Assembly: GCA_964106915.2 (NCBI GenBank)
Contig: OZ066919.1
Direction: 5' to 3' (one strand)
Source: Podarcis gaigeae
Lineage: Eukaryota
Length of the DNA: 64,000 nucleotides
Below, piece after piece: positions 29,601 through 43,100 of this stretch. The position numbers and the translations under genes are program-made. The notes below the pieces were generated by a model. The model saw only the letters and a list, made by a program, of their open reading frames with translations. It did no database searches and had not been told where the DNA came from. Position 1 is the first letter of the stretch. The number at the start of each line of letters is the position of its first letter.

Positions 29601-32600
29601 AATGTTTCCTTCAACTAATTAATCCAAAGCTTGCACTTTCTTGGGGCAGGATTTGATCTTCCTGGGAGCAGAAGAACATCCAGCTATGCATGCATCATCA
29701 TATATATTAATTATATATAATGTGCATCCTTACTCATGCATACACAAACTCCTGTTGTTCATCAACACACACTTCTCTAAGATGGAAGTCTAGAGCAAAA
29801 CAAGACACAATGTCAGAAATCTGTGATGGGATTGCATCCGCATTAAGTTTTACCAAATAATAGCCAAAAGGGAGATTCAGACCAGGACAGTGGTGCTGAG
29901 GAGAAAGGCGTTTAACCCTTTCTCCCAGCACCATTTCCCAGCTTAAAGCTTCCTCCCCCAGCTGTTATTTGTCCTGTTAGGAGAAACCTATGCGTACAGC
30001 CTGCATCAATCTAGTAGGTACACTCTTGACTACAAACACAGAGACTCCAAAGCGGGGACCAAAGAACTGCACACAGGCACCATCAGAAGATAGGTTTATA
30101 TATAATATATATTTACTTTTAAAAATAAAAACTTCCATTGCAAGGCTAGAGGTCTGTACAAACTACAAAAATAAATCTTTTTTCTTTTCATATAAATAAT
30201 TTATATGGCATGACAACATTTCAGGTTAAAAGGTCTCCAGCACACCTGCTACATACTCACATGCACACGCGCACACAGATACACACATGCACACACAATG
30301 TGTCCCCCTTTCCACCATTTCCTGTGCTTTGCTGGGCACAGACTTGTTGGCGGGGGTGCGGGGGGGGGAGGAGGAGAAACACAATTTCTATTGTGAGTTA
30401 GCTAGAAGCACTTAGCAGTTTTTTAAGCAGTGGGTGGATGGAAAGGAGAGCGGGAGAAGTGGGGCATACATGTCAAATGTTGCTAGGTTCTACCTTTGAC
30501 AGTAGTTTCTGCTCTAAATAGTTTCGTGGTGAGAAAACAGGACAAATCTAAATGGTCAGAGGTATCTCTGCCACATGGCAAGTTTCTGTGTGCAGGGAAT
30601 TCTCTCCAGATCCTAGAAGCAGTTTTTAATTTTTAAATCAACTGAATCAATCCATTTCAATCCTATTGAAGCTGCTAAGGGGGTTCACACAACCAAAATG
30701 TGTAAATCTCAGCAGAAACTCCCTTGGCAGCAAGAAGTGAATAGGCAATCCGGCATACTTTGGGGGATATAATTACAGCAGTTATTGGGCGAAAGGGAGG
30801 GGGAATATAAAGTGCCTGCGGTCAAGAAGGAAGAATGTCACTGAGGAAGTGGATTCAAAGGTGAATCAGCCCTGCTATCTCACACAAGTAAGCTGTGGTG
30901 TGTCAGTCTCTGTGCCCAAAAGCTACACACAATTTTATGCCCAAGTGGGTCAGAATTTCATACAGCCCCCAAGGGACAACTCCATGTTGGCAAAGAACAG
31001 CTAGAAGACATCTGCACTTCTTAATTTATCTCATTCTAAAGACAAAGTTGTAAAGTGTTATTCCACTACAAATGTCAGTGCCACCGAGAAACTGGCAAAC
31101 TACTTGTGTATATATTTGCAGTGCAGAAAGATGTTGAGCAACTTCTGCAGTTGGAGGGGTCTCTTCCTGAAGCCCAAAATCTCCAAACCTGCAATCGGGA
31201 GTACCTAAAGTTATTTCACTGTCTTAGGTGAAAAATACATTTGGTCCCAAACCTTGCATCTTGTTGAAAGAAATGTGTGCTGAAAACAGTGGCACATCCA
31301 TCAGGTTCCAAAATCACTCAAAATACCTAACAAACAGAATATTTTTCCCCAGCTGCCATCTTTTTCCTTTAGAGTAGGTCAGTAAGAAAGAAAGAAAATA
31401 ACTTCTTTTTTTAAAAAAAGTATTGCGTTTCAGGATTTCGGTTTGAGCTGTTTTGTGATTGATGCACAGGGCAGAGCTGGCCAGAAAACTGCACTTTGAA
31501 TTTTGTGCAAAATTCTGATTTGTGTCCTGAACCAGAATGGAAAAACTGAAACATTTCATAAAGCAATTTTGACTTAGCTATGTGGAAACCAAGCATGTCA
31601 GATGGAAATGGAACTGGTCCTTGAGAACCAATCCTGCTGCCAAGCGACAGTTCATTTCTTGTTTTTCAGCCAAAGAAGCTGAACCGGAAAGAGATCATTC
31701 AGAAACAGAAAAAGCAACCACAGCACTCATACTTTTGGGCAGGAAATGGAATGTTTTGCCCAACTTTTTTCTCCCGTTGAACATTTTCTGCTCTGATTAC
31801 TACATAGGGATGTTTTTAGGTGGGAGAGAATCAAAGGATAATTTTACACATGATTTTTTTCCTACACAGAAATATTTGTGAAGAGATGGGGGGAAAGTTC
31901 TGTACACCATCAGTTGTGAAGGTGCAGCACGAATGTTTGTGCTGAAAGTATGCAGGTCAGGAAGCTAATAATCTCAGTATAGGAAAAACATGTGTTGAAA
32001 AACTCAAAACGGTACATTGTCCTTAACAAGGGCAATGAATGGCTGAATTTACCACAAGGTCGCCCAGCTTTCTTATTAAAGTAAGCTTAAATTTCCATTT
32101 GAAACACTTCCTTCGTAAACCAACACAGTACACATACATTTTTGTACTCAGGCAGCAGTCTCAGACTACAAACTCACTTGTGAGAAGTACCTCTTAAAAC
32201 ATGGAAGCAGAAAAAACATAAACCCATATAAACTGCTCTTCCAGAAAGCCCTGCTCTGATCTCCATCTGTGTGGGGTAAATGTCCCGCAGGGCCCAAAAC
32301 CCTGCCCTGTATGATTCTCATCTTCTGTTAGTCACAAATTATTCCTCACTGATATTCTTGGGAAATGATGAAGCTTAAAATGTAAATTTAAAAAGGAAGT
32401 ACTTATGGCACACTTGTGTGATGGGCTACCTTGGACTGATAAAGAGGCATGCAAGCAAAAAGAATAGGGCAGAAAGGTTTTTGTAGTGTGGGATAGGACA
32501 GGGAGGAATTTAACAGGATTTGGAACAGCCAGATGGCGAATGCTGGCATAGGCAGACCTGCTGGTGGAAGCAGGAGCAGAGTGCAGCCCATCCCACACAG

Positions 32601-33448
32601 CTTGCATAGAAGGCGCTAAGACACATTGTGCCCCTCCATTGCATGCTCCCTCCACTCCACACGCCCAGGGGGTCCTCTCTCCATTACCACCTCACCCTGG
32701 TGTTTCCCCTTAAAGGGATACGCCACTTTTTTTTTTTTAATGAGGGAGCTGTAAAAATAATAAAAAATAATTATTATAATTATAAGGGGGAGGGTTCGTG
32801 ACTCTTTTTTATACAGCTTAAAATAATAATATTAATATTAATAAAAATAAAAGAATAGCAGCACAATGCGGGAGGAGTTTCCCCACGCACAAGTTGAGTC
32901 CTGTTCTCTCCATGGGAGGGTCAGTGTTTGGGCAATTCTCTCGCCCTGCCCCGATGACAGCCATGAGATGGTTCACACAGCATATGGGGAATTGTCACTT
33001 TCATTTTCCAGGTTCGATGGGATGGGAACTTTCCCTGTCTGCAGGTGAGTGGGCACAACGTTATCTGGGCTATCACAGTCCAATGTAAGGATGCAAACTA
33101 GGGATGTTTTGAAGCCAGAAGTCCTGGTAACCAAGAAACCCAGCATGTTTTTGGCGGCAGATAACACCTAGAGAAACAAGGCATGGGAAAGTGGAGTACC
33201 AGGTGCTGAGAGATTCTCCCATCAACCTTTTCTCGGCAGTAGCTCATCTGGCCTTCTTGCTCCAGTTCCCAAAGGCACTGTCTATGTCTACAGTTGTTTA
33301 AACACAGGTATCCATCCTGCTTCACAGTCTGCGGTGTGTGTATGTGTGAACAATCTGGGCCCCTGACCCCACCAGGGATACTGTGCACATCCCATCCCTG
33401 AGGCAGGAGTTCTAGACCCAAGGTCTTGGGCCTGGCAAAAGTGAAATG

Positions 33449-36400
33449 CTAGTGCCTCTGGTCTAGGCTCTGCAGTTCCAAGCTGTTGGATGCGTCTTTA
33501 CGAGGCTCCTCAGGTCCATCAGATTCAAAGCCCTCGTGTGTGTAGCCCCGGCATGAGCCAGGCAGGGGTGGGTGCAAGGCCAGCATCACTGAGGCAGTGG
33601 CTGTAACTGTGGTGAAGGTGCCACCAGATGCAGGAGGCGGCACTTTGGTGCTGTGGGCAGTAGGGTCGGTCCGAGGGGGATTGGGGGCAGTCTGAGCCAG
33701 CCGAGGCCTTTGTTTGTGGTTTGGCTGCTCTTGCTGCTGTGAAGCGTCTTTGACTTCTGTGACAGTGGGTGGCAAATGTCCTCCAGGGGTCACAGTTTGG
33801 GTCCAGTCTGGGCTGCACAACGACAGAGGCGATTCTAGGCTGGTCTTGTAGCTTTTCACCACCTGCCCAGGAAAGGAAAGGCTGATGTTAGTGTATTGGA
33901 TATGGAAGGGAAGAAGGCAACACCACAAGTGCAGTTGGCATGGAGTCCTTGTGACAGCAACTTTCAAACCATAAAGCAGCAAATTCAGTAAGAAGAATCC
34001 GAAGCACAAAGAGAGTGAATTATGTTGCCCTAAGGTACTAAAGAGGAGACTTCAACCACTGTACATCTGTCACGGATGCTTTAGCTGAGATTCCTGCATT
34101 ACAGGGGGTTGCACTATCTGTTTTAACTCCTGGGACCTGGGAATAGAAGCTAGACTCCTATTACCCCATTATACATTACTACAGCTACATTGCACCCCAA
34201 ATATATGCTCCAAGGTGCTATGGTCTGTCTTTCCCAGAGATCCTAGGAATTTTGTCTCACAGAGACATGTTGTTATACTAGCATAACAACAGAAACAAAC
34301 ATTCCTGGTTCTCTTCTTGCCTTGCCTCCCAACTCATTTGGGGACACTATCTTTACACTCAAACTAGAATCCAGCTGCCTTTGAACGCTGAGACCACTCT
34401 CTCCATCCAGAGAAACCAGAATTCTGGCTTCCCCAGCTCTGGATTGGCACTTACGGTGATTTTGGGGAAGCTGGGGCTTTTGCTGGCCTTGACCAAGATA
34501 TGCGATTGCGCTGGGGGGATGATGTAGGTGCTGCGGTCATCTTCACCCGTGTCTGATGCTCCTGTGCTCTCTGAATAGTACTCGGAGTCTGAGGAGTCAC
34601 CAAAGGCTCCACCGTGCCGCTGTACGTAGAAGCTGTGGTGGCTGATGGGTGGGGGGACGGGGGACGGTGTCGGCAGGCGGCTACCGTTATCTGCTGGTGT
34701 GACCTATATGACAAAAAGCAGAATGCACACTGAGAAAACAGGGTGTCAAATAAAGGGTCATTGTGCATGATCCCTGAGAGGCACAGGCTTTCCATTCATT
34801 GTAGTGACTCCTGAAATCTATTGATAGCAGGTGAAAGCCAAGGCCTACGTTCTATTACGACTTGTGTGACTGTTCAAGCACTTCACCTCAATCTGGCAGT
34901 GGGTTTTGACAGTGAGATATAGGACCCCTTCCGCTTTTCTCTATGATTCTTCACTAGAGCAACCTGATAAGAAACAGAACATTTTCTTACCTCTGCAGGT
35001 GGTCCAATGATAGACAGCAGGACAGGCAGCAGCACCAAGCCATTGAGCAGTCCCAGAATGGTCAGGATGGTGAGCACAGCAAAGAAATACCTTTGGGGGG
35101 GGAGGTCAAGGTGGTCAGTAATGGTCAGATTTGTCATTTGTGCAAGTTATCTGTGTACAATAGAACTTTAGGATGAAAATCAGTTACTGCTCTGTATATT
35201 TTTGTCCTAATTCCAGGAAGCTGAGATGCACCACAGTTCTGTGGCCTTTGTGAAGAGGGAGGGTTATTTATTTACCCAGGTGGCAGCAGGTGGCAGTAAA
35301 GCATCTCAGCCTCTTACCAGGGCAGCCAAGTATAGAGTTAGTTCACCAGCACACATTCATTTACATTCTCTTGCACACTCATTACTGTTACACCCATGCA
35401 CTGACAAGTGCTATTCTTCAGTCTCAGCTCAAGGTTGCTCCCTATAGAAGATTAGAGCGTCCCTTTCTCTGAGCCAGCAGACTTGTAGAGTTCACAAGCC
35501 TTAGCTGCCGTAAGGGAAAGTGTCAGAGGAGGAATAAATTTCTTGTAGAATGTCTTCCCCTCAACCGGTTGTAAGTTGTGGTCTTGAACAGGGAGATTTC
35601 TCCAAATTTGGCAGAATGTACCACTGCCCCTCCAGGGCTGCAGTGAACCCTATTAGATTCTGCCTTTATATCCATTCTTGATCAATGAGACCTTCAGACC
35701 TATTGCCCCATGTGGTGTCACCCAAATTCCCAACAGATGTCAAGAAAGACAATTTCCCATTCTCTGGCCACTCCTTTTACTGATACCTCTGGAAATGGCC
35801 CCCAGCACATTGGTCCAGAGCAGCACCAGAACAGGTATACCAGGGGAGAAGAGAGACACATGACAATCACCTCAGAATGAAATCAAACTCTGAACCAGCT
35901 AGCATAAGGACGCCAAGCAATGTGGAGACAGCACCATCCATCACAGGGGCAAACATGTGCTCTAGGGCCACAGTAGTGCGCAGGTTCCGGTTGCCAATGG
36001 CCGTGAGAAAGCCCTGAGAAAAGACGAACAGTCAGAATGCGACTAAAGAGAGTGACTTGTCCAAGCAGACTGGGAGAAAGAACAAGAAGCTAAGCCCAAA
36101 TCTGTTCTTGCGCACTGAGTCAGCTGGTATTGCCAGAGCTGGAACAGGCTCATCTCGAAATGACAGCTTGGACTCTGCTTTTCATACCATACACAGCTAT
36201 ATCATTATATTCAGCACTAATTAAAATAACTGCCAACCCTTGGGTGCTGCACCCACAATTATGGATTAAATTCTGCTCTGACCACCCAGACTACATACAA
36301 CAGGGTAATATTAAGGGGGCAATGAACCCACAATTTATTGATTCTCCCTTATAGACTCCACTACTGATCAGGTTTGATACAACAGATAAAAACCTAATAA

Positions 36401-37038
36401 TCTAAATGTTCTGGTTGGGTGCCACTAAAGCTATTTGAATGTATATGGTTGTAATACTACACACCAAGTTCTCTGGTGTGAAAAAGAGCTCTTGAAAACT
36501 CTGCAAGGGAGTTCAGGGACCCTATTCCTTTCAGTATGGACCCACAGAGCTTCAAAAAGAGGAAGTCTCACTGAATCACATGCTCTAGACATGGTAGCAG
36601 AATAGGCTGTGCTCACACAATTGCTTCTTACCAGAGCCACATGTACGGTGAATTCCACACCAATTCCCACAGAGGCGATGAGGATGACTACTGGGATGGC
36701 ACTCAGCTTGATGCCCATCAGGCCCATGATCCCAAAGAGCTCGACTGTCATCATAGCTAGAACGAATACCTACATCAGAGAGAAGGGACAGCTCAGTATC
36801 TTACCTGCAAGCTATGGTTATGGACATGTCAATTACAGCAATGTACAAAGCCCAATGTAGTGGTTAACAGGTAGATTAAGAATAGGTGCCTACAAATCCA
36901 TAAGCTCATATGTATGTAATTTCTGAATTCAGAACTAATTCAGAAAATGTATACATCTCATTGTGGCACATGAATACCGGGTTATTAGTTAACAGTAATC
37001 ACCCAACGACTACTACCATGCCTGTTTGATACCTTGAT

Positions 37039-37111
<73 letters not shown>

Positions 37112-40100
37112 TTTGTTTGTTTGAGCGAGCTGCATTATACGCTTTTGTATGGTAAACAGTAGGAGTATGGGGCTGTGCACACCCTAGCCCTAAAGGTGGA
37201 TAAGGATGCAAATATAGTAGAGCACCTGCATGTTAGTGTGCAGGCTTAACCCTTTCAGCACTGTGGAAAGAAGCTTGAGGAGAGAAAAAGATATTTACTT
37301 TTTGCTGCAAAGGTAAAGCTGTACTTTACACTATCTGGTAGCAGATGTGTGTTTACCATTGCATCTGCATACAGTGGGAATTGGTGCTCATTCCCAGCTC
37401 CTTGGTGCGTACACCTGTACAATGCATACATGGTGTCTGTTGCGTGCAAACCTTAATACATTTATGGAAAATATGCGCATGTTCATGTTTTTTTAAAAAA
37501 GAATATGAGAAGGTACGAAAACATTCCAGACTTGCAACAAAACACTCAATTTCTGCAGTCAGAATAAATTCTACAAACTACTGCAGCAAGGTTTTTTTTA
37601 ATGTATTACAGTACAGCTGCAAAATTTTGAGTTTGGGCAGAACCTGAATGGTTTAAAATGGTCTTTGCTATTGAAGGAAAACTTTTTAGGACACTATGTA
37701 AGGCAAGGGAGACGGAAAGGCAACTATGCAGAGATTACAGGAAGCATCACACTAATTCTCCCCCACTCCTACTTCCAAATTTCCTGTTCTAAACACGAGT
37801 GCCAAAAAACTGATTTAACTAACAGTAACAGTGTTTGACAACCATTTCCCTTGTTGCACAATGCTATATTGCTACTACATATAACGTTTGGAGCTAAAAC
37901 ATCTCCCTTACTGCTAGACACCCTGTTGCTCATGAAAAAGGATACTCACAATGATACTAGCGGTCCAAGGATTGAGGAGTAGCAGGGTGCACACTAGAAA
38001 AGTGCAAGCCAATACAATACTGATGGCCTGTAGAAGCCAGTGTCGAAGGCCAATGTACTGCTCCCAGAAGAGGAAAGGGTAGCCACTAGGGTAGCTGAGA
38101 ACACCATGCGTCAGGGCCACCTCGTCACAGATAGCACGCACGCTCTCGATGGCTGCCACGAAGTCTGATGTGTGCCGCAGTCCATTGAGGTAGAAGGGGA
38201 ACTGAGCAAACTCCAGAGGCTGTGCAGCAGGGACTGTCAGAAAGAGAGGCAGCCCATCAGATATAGTGGCCTTCTGCCCCCTACTCCCATCTCTAGGGCC
38301 AAAAATGAATTGCTTCCTTTGCCCATGTGCCAGGCATGGCTTGCAAAGGTGGGAAACATACATCATAAGGATTTACACTGTGGAATTGCCATAGAAGTGG
38401 GGATAGGATTGAGCTGAAACAGTAATGCATGCTGGAAAGTGGAACAAGAATGAGGCTGCTGCCTGAACTCACTTCGAAGGTTCTCGCCAGTGGCACCGTA
38501 TTTGTCGTGGATCCATTCTGGGGGTGGTGGGTAAAAGTTGGCTTGAGATGCAGCAAAGCCAAGAGGGTCGTTGCTCACCCACACTGTCAAACAGATGTAG
38601 AAGATGTCAGGAGGAATGATCCCATTCTCATCCACCAGGCGGCGAGTTGTCAGCTGTAGGCAGATGGAAGGGATGCAGGGCGGTTAAGAAGTATAGCAAC
38701 TAATAGTAAGTAGTAGCAGCAGTCTGGGTGCTACTAGACAGGTGCTATCATTTGGCAGACAATAGGGCTGAGGCCCCTGCTTGGGCACCAGCTGGCTATT
38801 CCCAAAGCCATGTAGATCTCATGTGTTCCTCCATCTCTAAGGGACCCCAAATGCCTGTGGGAAAGCTTTCTCTTCTCTCCATTCTTTTGCAGTGGGGATC
38901 TATCTCCTCCTTCCCTCCTGGTACACCAAGGACTCACCCTTAATTCTTATGGCACACTGGGTTCTCTTTGCCTGCCCACTCCCAACTTTTAGATTGCTCC
39001 CCCACTTACTTGATTGAGGTTTAAGGGTTCTTTCTTGTTGCCTGTCTGGATGAGGAGCTTGTAAGCCAGGGCACCATCTTCTGATCCGTTGCGGTAATTC
39101 TCCTTGGTGATATGCCCAGCTTCCCAGTCCCGATCAAAGGCTGCCTGTAGACCTGCAGAACAGGGGGGTATACAGTTAAGTGAGTGCCATCTGTGGAACC
39201 CAAGGCCCGGAAGCAAGAGCTCCTCTCACTAGCTATGCCAATCCCTTCCCTTCTTTCATTGCCTCCACCCCTTTGCTGTTTAACTCAGATCTCTCAGCCC
39301 CTGCAGCATGTTTTGGTCCCTACTTTAGAGGAACAAGAACAGAGCTGCTAATCCTAGAAGGCAGAAGGGCAGCTGTACAACTGTGCAGGTGAGCATCTCC
39401 ACAAACATTTATATTTATTTATTTATTGAATTTATATAGAATTTATATACTGCCCCATAGCCACGGGTTCCAGGGTGGTTCACAGAATATAATCAGAATA
39501 TAAAAACTACAAAATACATAATCAAAATAAAAACAACAACTCTATAATCCCAACATATTTTTTAAAGGGTAAAGGATATCAATCAAATCAATTAAAAGCC
39601 TGGTTAAAAAGCAACCTTTTTGCCTGTTGCCTAAAGGTGTCAGGTGAACTTCCCTGGGGAGAGCATTCCACAGATGGGGAGCCACTGCAGAGAAGGCTGT
39701 CAACAGTGTTTGCCTAAATGGATGTGTGTATAAGACACGAAAACTGTGCGAGATGAAGAGCTTCTGGTTCCTTAGAAGCTAAAAATTATTTATAGCACTT
39801 ATCCTGAACATGGTTGTGAAACAGACATTGATGCTTTCCTTCCCTGGAAGCAGCTGGCCACTAACACCTCAACCAAACTCCCACGCATCTTCTAGCCTTC
39901 AAGCAGGTTTGTACTAAAAGCATCCTGCACAGAGAGCTGGAGGAGGGCATGCCACCCCACTTCTTGGGGCAGAGGCAGTGCAGGACAGGAGAGAGGGTTG
40001 GCAAAGTGTCCTTGACTCACCTCGCAGCCAGTCCTGGAGGTAGTGCAGCCACATCTTTGGCAACTGGCGGTTCTCATCACGCACAACATACTGGATGGTG

Positions 40101-43100
40101 GTGAAGGCCTGGTGCAGGCTGTAGAGGGCCTCCTGTGAGCTGGGGTAGTCAAAGCCACCCTTTGTAACCACAAACATGTTATAGAAGGAGAAGTATTTGA
40201 ACTGAGCTGAAATGAAGGCGTGCTCCTTTGTGCCTCGTGGTAAAATATCCGTCAGGTAGAGTCCATCATGCACCTTGGTTGTACCGTAGAGGCTCAGGCC
40301 CAGCAGTGCCAGGAACAGGACTACAACAATTCCCTGGAAATGCAGAAAGGAAAGAGTGAAGATGGATGCACTCAGACCCCAATCTCGTCTGCAGAAAGTA
40401 ACTTTTCCTCTGTTGCTGTCAAGAGACTTGACTTAGCAAACATAGGGAGAATGGAAGAAAATCTGTGGTCAGTGGACACAGTGGACAGCCAGATGTTTAT
40501 GAAAAGCAAACAACTGCTTGGGGGCTGGAACTGCAACCACCCAGCCCCACTTCCTAGTACCTATAGTATGTGCAGGGTATGAATTGCCCCTAATGGAGTT
40601 AATATCAAAATGTGCCATGTTGTGGGAGTATGGAGCATACTTGTAAGGCAAGAGAATCAATAATGACAGGTAGGGAATTTTCCATGCAAAGGGGCACACA
40701 ACACACACACATATATTAACCTTGAGAACATAGTTCTTTTGACTCTGTACCTGGACCTCTCTCTCTCTGAAGGTAAACACACATACAATATCTTAGATCA
40801 TCTAGATTATCTGTGACTGACACAGCCACTTCATCTGGAATTACCCAAGGAAGATGCAGAGCCTTCATACCTAACTCCCTAGATGTGTAAAAATAGACTA
40901 GGAAAGATGTACAGCTCTTGTCTTTGAACGACTACAAGGGACATGCAATCTTTGCCCCTGATAGGCAGGGCACAGGGGAGAGCAACACCATGTCCTCATA
41001 TAGGATGACATGCACAATGACTACATTTCAGATTGCTTCTCTCATCTCCGAGAAGAACAGGGAGCTTTAGTTCTCCACTGGCTGTAGTGCTGGCATCACA
41101 GACTTGTTACCCAGGATGCTGTACTCCCCCCCCCCTTTTCTTTCAACATAGGACAGAATGCCACCCACAAAGAAAGCGATTCTCAGCTGCCTACCTTGGT
41201 CTGGCTCTGCAGCAGGATAGGTGCATATTTGTCGCGAGCAAAGCTAGAGAGGTTCCAATGACAAAGGGGCAACGGCACACATTCCTGGGCGCTTTTGTTC
41301 TCATCCAGCTGTGCCAGAAGATCACGGGTGGAGCTGGCAGGGGTGAAGACTTGCGACCCCAAAGGGTTGGCAGGCAGGAGAGTGGAAGGGGTGGTATAGA
41401 CATGCTGGGTGGGTGGTAAGATGGTGACCACATGACGCCCGGAGGGATCACACTGGGTGAAGGCCTGAACCGTAGTGGTGATGCGTGTGCTGGTGGTCAG
41501 TGCTGGATGTCCATGCGGGAAAGCAGGTGTTGTGGAGTTGTCATTTGCATCCGTGTATTCCTGTGGCTGAATCTGGATGATGTGGGAGGAGCAGAGGCTG
41601 TGGGGAGAAGAAGACACTGAGAAACTGCTGGGCAACACACAGTCCCCTAGCTAGCCAGGCATCCTAACTCACACCCAGCATCTGGATATAACTATCACAA
41701 AAAGTTCCACTTCTCCTGGTGAGCACATAGAGATACCCTTCACAATGTCTTTAAAGGGGCTTTTCAGAGTGTGCTGATTTTATGTGCAGTTTGATGTGCA
41801 TTTTGACTTGTTCTTATAGACAAACTTTTACCATAATAAAGAAATGTGTTTTTCAAAATGTTGCTGAGAGCACTACCATCTGTGCAGCTGGCTTTGTTCT
41901 CTTGCTCTTTTCCTTACAGCTGCATTTGATCCTCTCTTCTTGGGCTTAATGACTTTTCCAAACCACTGCCCCCAATTGCAGCATGCGTCTCCTCTCCTGG
42001 GAGATCTGATGGAGTCCAGCCTAGCCAGGGAGAGCGCAGTACTGCCCCAAAGGAGAAGGGACTCTTGGGGGGGGGGCAACTGTCTCTCCACCACCAGCAG
42101 CTACACATATTTACTTACGGACACACAAACACTCTTAAGACAGTACCTGTAGAAACAGCACAGAATATCAAGCCTCTTGTTTTCACGCCGGTGAAGGTCC
42201 AGACTCAGGATGGCAGGAAAAATGAAAAGCACCATGGCAAAGTTGAACACTACCACGACAGCAGCCTGCAAGGAGATGAAGGAGAGAGAACAATTAAACA
42301 TGCTGAAGATCCTGAGCCAGGTCACCCTCTGTGTAAAGAGGGGCATCTATCCTTCAAGGGGAGGGATCACCCAGCTTTCCAGCCAAGGCCATGGAAACTG
42401 GGAGCACAGCTACCTCCAGAGTGGAAGTGAAGGCTTGCCTTCAGTGAGATTCTAAGAAAATGCAAATGTGCATAAGCACAGTTTGCTGACAAACCTGCAG
42501 GGAGGAGCTCCTAGCAGAGGGGCTTACCTGCAGAGAGAAGGCACGCAGTGCTGGGATGGGCACAAGAGCAGCCATGAAGAAAGCAATCATATTATTGACA
42601 GAGGTGAGTGCCACACTGGTGCCACTGCGGCGCAGGCATTCCCCAGTCCGCTCCTGCATTGAAAAGGTGCAAATGAGGAACCGTGAGAATAGAGTTGAGG
42701 ACGGGTTGAGCGTGCACTGGCAATGCATAGGGACTCAAAGGCTTGTGCAAAAACAGGGAACCTTCTTACCTTGACAGGGACGTGCTGGCTGGTCTCTGTG
42801 AAGGCGTGTGCCAGCAAAAACATGTCATCCACACCAATGCCCAGTGCCAGAAAGGGCAGCACCTATACAGATATGGAGGAAAGCACAATGGGAGGAATCC
42901 CAATTAGAGGAGCACATCCAGGACTTGCTCAAATCCCACAAAAGTAAAAACAGGTCTCAGACTGCAAACTGTGACTGGAAAGTACCACAAATTCTTCCTT
43001 TTGCTGTTATACTCAGGCTCTAAATGATTCTCATGTTAACCAAAGTCAGGTTGGTTGGTGACTCTGGCGGGCTTTTGCTTTCTGCTAACATATATTTGAG

